DNA from: a virus
Lineage: Duplodnaviria; Caudoviricetes
IMG/VR virus record: IMGVR_UViG_3300013426_000014
Coordinates: 128,001 to 192,000 of that record
Strand: one strand, 5' to 3'
DNA length: 64,000 bases
The translations under genes were made by a program, and so were the position numbers. Under the pieces are notes generated by a model. That model was not told the origin of the DNA and did not search any database. It worked only from the letters and a program-made list of their open reading frames with translations. Shown in pieces: positions 1 through 9,983 of this stretch. Position 1 is the stretch's first letter; each line of letters begins with the position of its first letter.

Positions 1-1234
1 CACTCCTGGTCGACTCGACTTCCCTGACGAGTGAGTTGTACTCCTTCGAGTTGAATGTCGCCTCCAGCTGCTTGTTTATCTGCACTACCTCCAAGTCGTC
101 GGCGTTGATCACCGGCGCGTTCGGCGTTATAGCTGCCGTCGCCAGCACGGTGTTGCTTTTCGCGTCGTCCATCCACTTCGCGCCGAGGTCGGTGACGTAC
201 CGCCTGTAATATTCGGCGAACGTCATGTCACCGCCGTCGAGCGTCAGCTCGTTCGTGATGAATGATACCGGGTCTGACCACTCGTGTGAGACGACATTGT
301 AGTCGTCGTTTATCGCCTTGAAGTAGACCGTGTCGATTTCGTCGAAACCGAATCCGACGTCAACGGTTTTCGTCTCGAACGGCGCGTTGTAATAATGGAA
401 CGCCCCGCCGACCGCCGGCTGGTCGTAACCGGTGTTATATTCGATCCTGATCCTCGACAAGTCCTTGTCTATGTCCTTGATTTTGAACAGACTATCCGCG
501 TAACGTACAAGCGATCCCTTCGACAGCGCGTAATCATTGCCGGTCATGTTCCCGTTCCTGTCTATCGCGTTGTACATGATTGTGTCCAGGTAGTATCACA
601 GATCCGTCCCGCCGTCACCCACCGCCTCCGCGGATTGTATTGTGAATTCACCAGTGAATTTCTCATATCCCATCGGCAGGTCGACTGTGTCGTAATCCTC
701 CGAATATGATATTTCCGACCCGTTCAGGAGCGTTATCAGATCCGGATACGGCAGGTTTCTGCCCAGTATGTTCTGTGTGTAAAAATCAGTGTATTCCGTC
801 GACAGTATGACCCTATTGACGATGACCCGGTCCGCGTCGTCGTCGATTTTCCCCTTGAGATCGATCTGGACCTTGCATTTCGGGAACATCAGGTCCTCGA
901 ATATCCAGTTGCTGTCTGTCACGAATGATACCGGCGTCTCGACTCCCTCTATTTTCGCCGGTGCTTTCGGGACCGTCGTCACCTTGACCCGCCTGTATGT
1001 CGAGTCATCTGTCTGCACGACGCCGTTCCCCTTGACGAACGCCGCCACCGTGTTCTCCGCCCGCTGCAGGCGCGTTATGACGCTCGAATATGACGGGACC
1101 GTCACGCCGTCGATGGTGACAGAGTCTGATTCGGAGAACATTGACTCGTTTATCGCGTTCAGCGCCGACATCGCGTTATTGACATTCGCGGTCAGCCGCT
1201 CCGTGTTCTCGCTCAATGAGTTTATATTGGCCAT
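1..1234 (-). CDS. Putative virion structural protein, runs off window start; one TGA=Trp at 596-598
   Basis: ORF MANINSLSENTERL... continues in frame through TGA (DLWYYLDTIMY...) to position 1; GATAAATAT late motif at 1257-1265. Confidence 0.65.
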
Positions 1235-1256
1235 TGCCCTTGTCTTACTTTACTGA

Positions 1257-1265
1257 ATATTTATC
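1257..1265 (-). promoter_or_regulatory. Late promoter motif GATAAATAT (T4 TATAAATA-like)
   Basis: Exact 9-mer about 23 nt upstream of the ATG; recurs upstream of many structural genes. Confidence 0.7.
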
Positions 1266-1336
1266 GACCCGACACGGCCGGAGCAAAAAAAACCGGAAAC
1301 ATCTTTAATAATATATTCGGTTAAAATACAGATAGG

Positions 1337-2938
1337 ATGAACCAGCAGACAGAGACGATTATATATCATTATGCGCTCGCCAATCCAGAGCTCGCGCTTA
1401 AGATAAAACCCGACTTTTTTGACGCGAAATATCTCCGTGAGCTTTTCGAGATAGGACGTGATTACTCGATCAAGTACCACAGCGCGCCGACGGCGGACCA
1501 GATGAAGCAGCTTGTCACCATTGCCGGCAAGCAGGACAAACTGCCGGCGGACGTCATTGACATTATATACGCGCAGAAACGTGACATGTCTCAGTATGAC
1601 GAGACATGGCTGTATGACACGACGACGGCGTGGGCGCAGTGGGAGAATTTCACCGCCGCCGTTATCGATTCCGTGCAGTTCGTCAAGCTGCATAATGACG
1701 AGATAACGGCGGAGAACGTCAGGGAGTATACAGAAAAGGCGAAGGGAACGTTCAACCGTAACGCGATAATGGAGTTCGGCGAGCAGGACAATGGGTCAGA
1801 TTTCTATGACGCGGCCGCGCATAAGCCGTCGCAGCTCGTTCACTCGCCGACTGGTGTCGATTATATAGATAAATGCCTTGCCGGCGGCGGATGGCCGGGC
1901 GCGCTTATCGGTTTCGCCGGCGCGCCGAAGATAGGAAAGTCGGTGTGGCTGCAGAACTTGTGCGCCGCATCTGTCAAAGCCGGGCAGGATTCATTGTACG
2001 TGTCGCTTGAGCTGCCGGAGGAGATGATCATACAGCGTATCGGATCAAACCTCCTTGGCATTCCGTCTGGCGATTACAGCAAGATGGCGGAGGATGAACA
2101 GTATATGAAGGATAGGATCCGGCAGTTCAGGGAGTCGAATCTCGTCCCACCGGGACGTCTCGTTGTCAAGAGTTTCCCGACGTCGACGCTGACGTCGATA
2201 GAGTTCGAGGCGTTTATACTTAAACTGGAGGAGGAGTTTTCGACGTCAGACAAGCCGTTCAAGTTCAAGAACATATATCTTGACTATATCAACATCATGA
2301 AGAATTATCGGAATCCTAATTCCGAGAACACCTACATGAAAATTAAGTGTCTCGCGGAAGATGTCAAGGCGGTGGCGATAAAGAACGACTGGTGTGTGTA
2401 CACGGCGACGCAGACGAACAGGGGACAGTTCGACCAGACCGACATGACCGCCAATCAGATTTCGGAGTCCGCCGGTTTCGGCGCCACGGTTGACGCGTTG
2501 TTCGGAATTATCGCCGACCAGATACAGAAGTCACAGGGCATCTACTTTCTAAAATGTTTGTACGACCGCGTCTATCCGATGGACAACACCAGAAAGAAAT
2601 TCAACTTCGACAAGCGGTATCTCAGGATAACAGAGGATATGGAGTCACAGATCGAGACCGCGGAGGATATATACAGATCCGTTACCGTCCCGGGATTTAA
2701 TGAGAACATGCGCCGTGGCGGCGGTCCCGGATCGGATCGTCAGTGGAGTGAGCACAGGGAACGCGCGGCGTCTGTCCCGGTCGCCCCGTCATTCGGTGAT
2801 TCCGCCCCGCTCACACTCGATACCGGTCGGAACGGCTCCGACCTGACGCAGACCGCAGACGATTTCGACGCGCAGGGATCCGCTGCCGCGGTGTTCAACC
2901 AGACGCCGCCTATTTATACTGGCGCCGGATTGTTTTAG
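1337..2938 (+). CDS. dnaB: Replicative DnaB-family helicase (T4 gp41-like)
   Basis: Walker A GAPKIGKS, YVSLELPEE, LDYINIM, TATQTNR and ISES motifs; TAG stop; no TGA. Confidence 0.9.
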   Translation: MNQQTETIIYHYALANPELALKIKPDFFDAKYLRELFEIGRDYSIKYHSAPTADQMKQLVTIAGKQDKLPADVIDIIYAQKRDMSQYDETWLYDTTTAWAQWENFTAAVIDSVQFVKLHNDEITAENVREYTEKAKGTFNRNAIMEFGEQDNGSDFYDAAAHKPSQLVHSPTGVDYIDKCLAGGGWPGALIGFAGAPKIGKSVWLQNLCAASVKAGQDSLYVSLELPEEMIIQRIGSNLLGIPSGDYSKMAEDEQYMKDRIRQFRESNLVPPGRLVVKSFPTSTLTSIEFEAFILKLEEEFSTSDKPFKFKNIYLDYINIMKNYRNPNSENTYMKIKCLAEDVKAVAIKNDWCVYTATQTNRGQFDQTDMTANQISESAGFGATVDALFGIIADQIQKSQGIYFLKCLYDRVYPMDNTRKKFNFDKRYLRITEDMESQIETAEDIYRSVTVPGFNENMRRGGGPGSDRQWSEHRERAASVPVAPSFGDSAPLTLDTGRNGSDLTQTADDFDAQGSAAAVFNQTPPIYTGAGLF

Positions 2939-2990
2939 AAAAATGAGTGACAGCCGTTTATATAATATTTAGAAAAATGATTAGATATGA

Positions 2991-3458
2991 ATGGGTGTCA
3001 AACTAAATAAACTTTTCAACTCCGGCTGAAACGCGGTCGATTATGGTGAGGAACGGTCGAGAAACGCCGACATAGCGGTGCTGCCGCTCGTCAGTGACAT
3101 GTACGAGGAAAGCACGACGTCCGACATAACGGGCGTCATCACACGGAAGAGTATGAACGAGGATATGTACAGGGTGTTCACTGCGTCGCCGTGATTTGAG
3201 AAGTATTCGGAGGATGGCAGACGCGTCGACAAGAAAGACATGCCGTCTGTTTATTTTTACTTTCGAGACGAGATGATGAAGAAGAACGACTACAATCTCG
3301 TTGAGGTGCTGTGCGCGATATGCGAGTTTTTTGACCTTAATTATTCGTATATGTATAATAATGTGCTCAGCCTTGCCGATAAGTCGAAGGTTCTCGAAAT
3401 ACTGGAGGACGATTACGGGCTGTCGGACAGATTCGGCAAAACGAACAGGCTGTTTTAA
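2991..3458 (+). CDS. Hypothetical protein, 155 aa, 2 TGA=Trp
   Basis: ATG 2991 MGVKLNKLFNSGWNAVDY... is in frame with track ORF 3240-3458; TAA overlaps the next ATG. Confidence 0.7.
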
Positions 3459-4561
3459 TGGAGATGTCTTTGAAACATATTGACATGACGGACGTCAAAT
3501 ACGCCGTACTCATATCGGACGTGCATCTCGGGTGTAGGAACGCGAGTATAGAGTGGATTGATAACATCACCTTGTACATGCGTGATTTTTTTGTGCCGCT
3601 CGTCAGGCGGACGGCGGTGAAAGGCAAGACGATCGTCATTGTCGCCGGCGACTGATACGATAACAGGCTGTCGATTGACATAAACGTCATGAACAGGGGG
3701 ATGGATCTAATGCGCGGCATCGCGTCCGTCGCTCCGGTGTACATGATAACAGGAAACCATGACGTTTATAAGAAGAACGGAAACGACGTCAACTCGATAC
3801 GGTATCTCGGCCTGCTCGACAATGTCACGGTCGTCGAGAACCCCACGGTCATGGATTTCGATAGGATGAGATTCCTGCTGTATCCTTGATCTGGTGATAT
3901 CAAGAAAGATACCGATTTCATATCGGCTGTCGACGGTGTCGATTATATGATCATGCATGATGATGTCAAGGGCCAGACGTATGACAACGGACGCAAAATA
4001 TTGTCAGGTCTGGATGCAGGCGTGTTTTCTGGCAAAGGAATATATTCCGGCCATATACACAAAAGGCAGGAGAACGGAAGGGTGACTTACATTGGATCGC
4101 CTTATCAGCTGCGTCGGTCAGATATAGGGAACGTGTGCGGCGTGTACACGCTCGACGTCTCTGATGATGATGTCGTCCGGACGTTTGACGCGAACACGGT
4201 CAGCCCGGAGTTCATAAAGATACGGCTCGATGATGTGCTCGACCTGCCGTACGGCGCAGTCAAGGGGATGATGACCGGCAATTACGTCGATTTTGTTGTT
4301 CGGAAATCCGCGCTTGTGTCGGTTTGCATGGCAGATATGATGCGCGCGCTTGATTCGGCCGGCGCGAAGAAGGTCCGCGTCGTCGTTGAGCAGGATGTTG
4401 ACCCGTCTGTGTCAGATACTGTGACGAAAGCTGTGACTGTCGATGACATGATTAAGAAAAAGATTGATGCGTTCGACTTGTCGGACGAGCAGAAAAAAAC
4501 GATACTTGACTTGAACGGCCGGTATATGACGGCGTTTAATGAGATGTCGATCAGCGAGTAA
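3458..4561 (+). CDS. Recombination endonuclease subunit (T4 gp47/SbcD/Mre11-like metallophosphoesterase), 367 aa
   Basis: Three track fragments join via TGA at 3653 and 3887; motifs SDVHLG, AGD(W)YDNR, GNHD, YP(W), SGHIHKRQ, YIGSPYQ. Confidence 0.92.
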
Positions 4562-4575
4562 AAAAACGGAATTAT

Positions 4576-6243
4576 ATGAGGATAACTGAATTGCAGTGGA
4601 GGAATCTGTTCTCGTACGGGAACGACATACAGACGTTGGATCTGTCAGACGGCGGCAAGCTCTGGCAAGTTGCCGGCAGGTCCGGCGCCGGCAAGTCTGT
4701 CATCATGTCGCTGCCGAAGCTTCTTTTCTTCGGCAGAACGGACGGCGTGTCAGTCAACTCGGTCGCGAACAGGATCAACAAGAACGGTTGGCTTCGCGGC
4801 GTGGTGTCAAAAAACGGTGACACGTACGTCATAGAGCGGACGTTTTCGCCGTCAGGACTTACCGTGTCGAAGAACGGTGTCGATATAGACAAGGCTGGCA
4901 AGAAGAATATGGAGGACGTCATATCGCAGGAAATACTGGACGGCATGCCGTACCACATCTTCGCGAACGTCATTAACCTGTCGCTCAAGAAGTTCAAGTC
5001 ATTCATATCGATGACGCCGGCGGATAAGCGGCTGATCATTGACCGGATATTTTCGCTTGACGTGCTCAACGCGGTCCATGAGATGGTGGCGAAGGACATC
5101 AGGGACGTCGGAAATGTCATCAATATGAACAAGGGACAGATATTCACCATCGAACAGAACATAAAAAGGTCGGAGGACGAACTTGATCGACTGACAAAAA
5201 AGACCGCGGAGGAGGACACTGCCGCCGCCGCGGAGCTTGAGACGAGCATCACCCGGATCGATGGGGAGATTAACAAGCAGAAGACAGACGAGGAGAAGTA
5301 CACGGCGAAATCGCTTGAGCTGATACAGAAGTCCGGCGCGGTGAAAAACGCCCTTTCCGGCATGCGCTTCGAACTGAACAATGTACTTAATATGATCGCG
5401 CTGTATAATCAGAACAAGTGTCCTACATGCGGGACGCCGTTCACCGGCGCCGGCTTCGACGAGGTTCGGAAAGGTCTCGCGGACAAGAAAGCGGAGATAG
5501 AGACGAACATATCGCAATATGACGCGGCAGTCCGGTCGTACGACGACATGATATCAAAGGTTGACACATGCGTCCAGACACTCAGGAACAATGTACAGTC
5601 GCTCGACCGGCTTAGATCCGCCGCCGTCATCAAGCTGAATGACATCCGGTCGGCGGAAGGACGCCGCGGGCAGGCGGCGGCGATCAACAACATCATAACG
5701 GCGGCGAAGGAGAGCAAGGTCGAGATGGACAAGATCGTCGGCGAGAACACCGCCAACATGGAATGCCTTAACATCCTTGAGGAACTTTACGGGTCGGACG
5801 GCGTGAAGAAGGAGATGATGACGGCGTATTTGCCGGAGTTGAATGAAGATATCATGTCGTCGCTGTCGTCGATGTCATTTCCGTACTCACTCGAGTTTGA
5901 CGGAAACTTTGACCCGCACATCGACGATCTTGGTGAGGAAATATCGCCCGACACTTTGAGCGAGGGGGAGCGCAAGCGCGTCGATATTGCGGTCATATGC
6001 GCGCTCGTCAAGCTGATAAAACGGAAATATCCGCAGCTCAACATGATAGCGCTCGACGAAACGTTGGGATCGTTGGATCCGGAGACGTCATGTGACTTGT
6101 TGAGATACCTCGGCGAGCTTGCTGAAGAAATCGACATCAACGTGTTTATCGTGAGTCACGCCGCCCTTGATGAGTCGTTGTTCGACAAAAGGATCACGGT
6201 CACGAAGGAGAACGGTTTCAGCTCGATCGACATATCGGCATAA
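4576..6243 (+). CDS. Recombination ATPase subunit (T4 gp46/SbcC/Rad50-like)
   Basis: Walker A GRSGAGKS, coiled coils, zinc hook CPTCG, signature LSEGE, Walker B ALDE. Confidence 0.93.
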   Translation: MRITELQWRNLFSYGNDIQTLDLSDGGKLWQVAGRSGAGKSVIMSLPKLLFFGRTDGVSVNSVANRINKNGWLRGVVSKNGDTYVIERTFSPSGLTVSKNGVDIDKAGKKNMEDVISQEILDGMPYHIFANVINLSLKKFKSFISMTPADKRLIIDRIFSLDVLNAVHEMVAKDIRDVGNVINMNKGQIFTIEQNIKRSEDELDRLTKKTAEEDTAAAAELETSITRIDGEINKQKTDEEKYTAKSLELIQKSGAVKNALSGMRFELNNVLNMIALYNQNKCPTCGTPFTGAGFDEVRKGLADKKAEIETNISQYDAAVRSYDDMISKVDTCVQTLRNNVQSLDRLRSAAVIKLNDIRSAEGRRGQAAAINNIITAAKESKVEMDKIVGENTANMECLNILEELYGSDGVKKEMMTAYLPELNEDIMSSLSSMSFPYSLEFDGNFDPHIDDLGEEISPDTLSEGERKRVDIAVICALVKLIKRKYPQLNMIALDETLGSLDPETSCDLLRYLGELAEEIDINVFIVSHAALDESLFDKRITVTKENGFSSIDISA

Positions 6244-6328
6244 GGTGTAAATAATTGAAAAATGACAGGGACGTGAACAACGTTCCCGTTTTTTGTTTTA
6301 TATTCGCGGTATCATAAAATAACATATT

Positions 6329-6916
6329 ATGAAAAGAATTATAACTATTATCACATTATTGTTCTTTTACACATTTGCTTCTGCACAAAAGACAAGTTAC
6401 AAAGAAACGATACAAAATTGGAACAGCGGATTTACATTGGGAATGAATTGCGGTATTGTTCCGTCTGTTATACGTTCTGACATGCACGGCGCGGCCGGCG
6501 CATTCATCGGGCTTAACCTGAATATTGCAGGATTTGATATAAATGCGCATTTCAAAAGCAGAAAACATGGAAGTACGATAGAAGTCGGCAAATGGGAAGA
6601 TGAATATAGAGGCGCATTATATCAATTTGGATACAGATTACCGGTTATTTCAAAATGGGTATGTGTAACTCCTTTATTGGGATTATATAAAGAACAATGG
6701 GGTACGACAAACGGTTATGAATACACGATTGATCATAATGGCAGTATCACGAATGGATATAATATTGATATGACAATACTTGATTTTGATTACGGTGGAA
6801 AAATCGAAATAGCTGTAACACGGAATTCCAATATCAGAATGTTATGTTCAATAACAGTGACCAATCATTTTGTTTCTTATGGCATCGCGTTACATTGTTC
6901 GCCTATTTGTTTTTAA
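6329..6916 (+). CDS. Secreted/outer-membrane beta-barrel-like protein
   Basis: Signal peptide MKRIITIITLLFFYTFASA-Q, alternating beta-strand pattern, C-terminal Phe; visibly AT-richer than flanks. Confidence 0.55.
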   Translation: MKRIITIITLLFFYTFASAQKTSYKETIQNWNSGFTLGMNCGIVPSVIRSDMHGAAGAFIGLNLNIAGFDINAHFKSRKHGSTIEVGKWEDEYRGALYQFGYRLPVISKWVCVTPLLGLYKEQWGTTNGYEYTIDHNGSITNGYNIDMTILDFDYGGKIEIAVTRNSNIRMLCSITVTNHFVSYGIALHCSPICF

Positions 6917-6973
6917 GATAAAATAAATTGATACATAATCACATATAATTTTTGAAATATAAATCAGAAAGTT

Positions 6974-7756
6974 ATGTGATCAAGTCATAATGAAACCGAA
7001 TTCTTCAAAGGTGAGTTCGTGCTCGACCGGCAGATAGAAGATTTCTGCACTTCATATTCTGGAGCGCCATATGATTATGAGTTTATTAGGACTGTTGAGG
7101 ACGGGCTGCAGGAACGATTGAACAACACCGAATGGGTGTCGACAGAGACGGGACGGCGGAAAGATGGGACGATCATAGACCAGTACTCGATACCGTCTGC
7201 CGATGGTTTCGGCAGCAGGGCGGAGAATTACGTGTACAACGCCCTTGTCGATATGGATATCGTCGACGAGCCGAAGAATCCGAATGGCCCAATGAAGTTT
7301 CCCGACTATATCGCGAAAAATGGGACATGGATCGATTCAAAGGCGGTGATTTGTAAAAGTCCGAAACGGAAAACTGGACGGTGGATCCCGAACTATAATT
7401 CGGGTTTGGGCGACAGGGACGAGATACTGAAAACAGTCGAGCACTTGAAAACGTGACGAAATCACAATTCGGAATCATCGGCGTTGATAATTCTGACATT
7501 TTACGCCATACAGAACGGGTATATCGAATTACTGTATGTCAAAGTTGTGCCGGAGTTGCTTTACATATCAGTGTACAAGGATCTGCATGACTTTCAGATG
7601 AAAAGAGTCGACCGGAAAACCGGCGAGATCAAGAACGCGAACGTGCAGGGACGGCTGACTGTCAGGACGTACACGGATAATAATAAATCATCCGCCGTCT
7701 ATATCGACAGACTGTTCGACACGGTGGACAATATTCGGAAACGGGAGAAACGATAA
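6974..7756 (+). CDS. PD-(D/E)XK nuclease, restriction-endonuclease-like, 260 aa, TGA at codon 2 and at 7454
   Basis: ATG TGA TCA... is in frame with track ORFs 7019-7456 and 7484-7756; motif RAE...KFPDY...WIDSKA. Confidence 0.6.
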
Positions 7757-7759
7757 ACG

Positions 7760-7788
7760 AACGGCGGATTGCACATCCGCCGTTTTTT
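7760..7788 (+). terminator. Intrinsic terminator
   Basis: aacggcggat-tgcac-atccgccgtt followed by T tract. Confidence 0.8.
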
Positions 7789-7827
7789 AATAAATATCAA
7801 GAACGTAATAGAACGTAATCGGTAATC

Positions 7828-8076
7828 ATGGAAAAACTGTCGGCGAAAGGGGTCAAGATACAGAGAATGATACATGACCTGTATACGGAATGCCTATCGT
7901 ACTGCCGCGCGGCGGAAAAGATCGGCGCGTGCCGTCAGGAACGGACGTACAAGATCGCCGACACACTTGATACGTTCCTTTCAAGATTCATCAACCTGAA
8001 CAATCATGTCATCGCCGTCGAGAACGACAGGGAAACTGACACATCCGGCACAATATATCCGGATCGTCATATTTAG
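7828..8076 (+). CDS. Hypothetical protein, 82 aa
   Basis: ATG to TAG; AATAAATAT late-like motif near 7789. Confidence 0.6.
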   Translation: MEKLSAKGVKIQRMIHDLYTECLSYCRAAEKIGACRQERTYKIADTLDTFLSRFINLNNHVIAVENDRETDTSGTIYPDRHI

Positions 8077-8224
8077 CGCGTATTTCACTTCTGACGCGAT
8101 GTTATGTATCATATGCGCAATCTATCATTTACTATAAAATCGCGCGTCTGGACGTGAATAAACAGTCAAGAAACAAATTTGAATAAAATAATCGGAAACA
8201 TGTACGTGTTTCCGAATTTTTTAT

Positions 8225-8232
8225 TATATTTG
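8225..8232 (+). promoter_or_regulatory. Bacteroidota sigma-A-type -7 element (TAnnTTTG)
   Basis: TATATTTG just before ORF 8237; related TATATTCG at 1312-1319 and 6299-6306. Confidence 0.45.
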
Positions 8233-8236
8233 CGGT

Positions 8237-8632
8237 ATGAATGATTCTTGCAGTATTATGACGAAAGTAAACCGCAGACAATATACGCCGAAACGTTGGC
8301 GGAGGATGATCGATATGCTGATACCGGACGCCGATAATGACGATCTGCTTAATTACGACAACAGGCACCGATCTGCATGGTATACAATTAATATCGAATG
8401 CAGAAACAAGCTTTTTATTGATCCGGACAAGGACCGTGTCTGTGGCATCCGGTCTGGCATTATATTGCCACATCTCCGAATGGAGCCGATGCTGCCGGCG
8501 AGGTATGAGAAGCGGACAGAAATGTTCAGTAATCTTCTATACGGACAGAGCGTGAAGCGCCGCATTGTCGTTTGGTACCCGACACCGAAACAGTATGGTG
8601 ATTACGGAAGGATTTCACCGGGACGGACATAA
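8237..8632 (+). CDS. Hypothetical protein
   Basis: Clean ATG-TAA ORF after an AT-rich promoter region. Confidence 0.6.
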   Translation: MNDSCSIMTKVNRRQYTPKRWRRMIDMLIPDADNDDLLNYDNRHRSAWYTINIECRNKLFIDPDKDRVCGIRSGIILPHLRMEPMLPARYEKRTEMFSNLLYGQSVKRRIVVWYPTPKQYGDYGRISPGRT

Positions 8633-8642
8633 ATAAAATGAT

Positions 8643-8960
8643 ATGACACCGGAATGGAACAGCAAAAAGAAAAAATTCGCGTCGTCACGTTATTATTGCG
8701 TGACGCGGACGTATTCGCCGTCATTCAAGAATCCGGGAATGCAGAACGTCACGTGCAGTATATACGCGGCGGACGACATTAATACTGTCACCGCATATTC
8801 ACAGACAGAGCCGAAGATCAAGGTGACATATCAGATAACGGATGACGAATGGCGCCGTAGGATGGAGTTGAATGAATCTGATTCACTCCGCCGGCGCGGA
8901 AAGGATATGTGGTATTCAAGTGTAATTTTCTCTTATCCGATGTCAACTAAAGAATCATAA
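8643..8960 (+). CDS. Hypothetical protein
   Basis: ATG-TAA ORF, 10 nt after the previous gene. Confidence 0.65.
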   Translation: MTPEWNSKKKKFASSRYYCVTRTYSPSFKNPGMQNVTCSIYAADDINTVTAYSQTEPKIKVTYQITDDEWRRRMELNESDSLRRRGKDMWYSSVIFSYPMSTKES

Positions 8961-9048
8961 CGGAACACGAATAATTTTACGGAATGCCTGATATAATTTA
9001 TATCAGGTTAATTTATTATATTGCTTGACAAACATAAAAGATTTCTGT

Positions 9049-9360
9049 ATGGAATACAGGCTGGTCGAGCCGTACGAGCGGAAGGCGAGATCGATCGAGG
9101 AAAGTCTCGGCGGGCTCGACACGATAAAGGCGGGGACGCCGACAGAACGGGTCGTGATAAAGATGCGGATGGCCGGGGCGCCATACGCGCGAATACAGTC
9201 GGCGCTGGGCATGATACCAAAACGGACGATATCGATGATACTGAAGGAGAACGCTCCGGAGCTGGTGTCGATTGATGTGAATAATCACAAAATACCTGAT
9301 GACCTGCATAAGGATTATGACTGATCATGAGATGATTTCTGCCGCAAAAAGATAAGATAA
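9049..9360 (+). CDS. Small putative HTH DNA-binding protein, 2 TGA=Trp near C-terminus
   Basis: MEYRLVEP...GAPYARIQSALGMIPKRTISMILK (HTH-like) ...DYDWSWDDFCRKKIR-TAA. Confidence 0.55.
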
Positions 9361-9367
9361 TGACAAG

Positions 9368-9775
9368 GTGAACATAAATGACATCAAATCGATACGTCAT
9401 GGATCCGCCGTATATGTGGTGTTTCCGGACGGCGACGTTGAGAGACGTACTGTAAGAACCGTGAACTGGACGAATGACGATCCGCCAAAGATATACACGT
9501 ACGGGGATCATGATGATATGAACGCGACATGCGGGCCGTACAGGCCGGACGAGATAGAGGGTGTTCCGCTCGCGCAGATGGATAAATCACAGCTAGTGTC
9601 AGTCGGTTTTGATCCGGATACATGTGTCATATGGCTGAGTGATAACCTGTATTTCTGTAAGGATGAGGACGGCGTCATCTGGCTCGGCTTTGATGAGTAT
9701 TACGTGACGTCAATCGATTTCCTTCATGAGCTGCAAAACATATACTTCGACATAACGAAAAAAGAGCTGCTTTAA
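9368..9775 (+). CDS. Hypothetical phage protein (C-terminal LHELQNIYFD motif)
   Basis: GTG start; C-terminal HELQN motif resembles small Bacteroidota-phage proteins (from memory). Confidence 0.65.
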   Translation: MNINDIKSIRHGSAVYVVFPDGDVERRTVRTVNWTNDDPPKIYTYGDHDDMNATCGPYRPDEIEGVPLAQMDKSQLVSVGFDPDTCVIWLSDNLYFCKDEDGVIWLGFDEYYVTSIDFLHELQNIYFDITKKELL

Positions 9776-9787
9776 CAGCTCTTTTTT
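9758..9787. terminator. Bidirectional intrinsic terminator
   Basis: aaaaaagagctg-ctttaa-cagctctttttt. Confidence 0.85.
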
Positions 9788-9789
9788 CA

Positions 9790-9930
9790 TTTACGCGGGC
9801 GATGCCGTGAATCATACGGGCGCCCGCCGCGGGAAGTGACCGCGTTCTGCCCGGTTTTTGTGATGTGTGTCAGGGCGTCACATCGCCCCGCTATATGCGG
9901 AATGTCCGGACTATCCGCATCATATGGAAC
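9790..9930 (-). ncRNA. Candidate structured non-coding RNA
   Basis: GC-rich multi-stem intergenic sequence between a minus-strand GATAAATAA motif (9934-9942) and the bidirectional terminator; no convincing ORF. Confidence 0.45.
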
Positions 9931-9951
9931 ATATTATTTATCAGCAGATCC

Positions 9952-9960
9952 GATAAATAT
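9952..9960 (+). promoter_or_regulatory. Late promoter motif GATAAATAT
   Basis: Exact motif upstream of ATG 9984, back-to-back with the minus-strand copy at 9934-9942. Confidence 0.7.
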
Positions 9961-9983
9961 CAGGTAATTAACAATCATGGATT

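Noticed and set aside
2991-3458. T4 gp33-like late co-activator call
   Set aside because: Only a vague helical resemblance; not supportable without a profile search.
9795-9891. Suppressor tRNA(UCA)
   Set aside because: Multi-stem, but no GTTCRA T-loop, no proper anticodon loop with centred TCA and no CCA; kept only as an unclassified ncRNA candidate.
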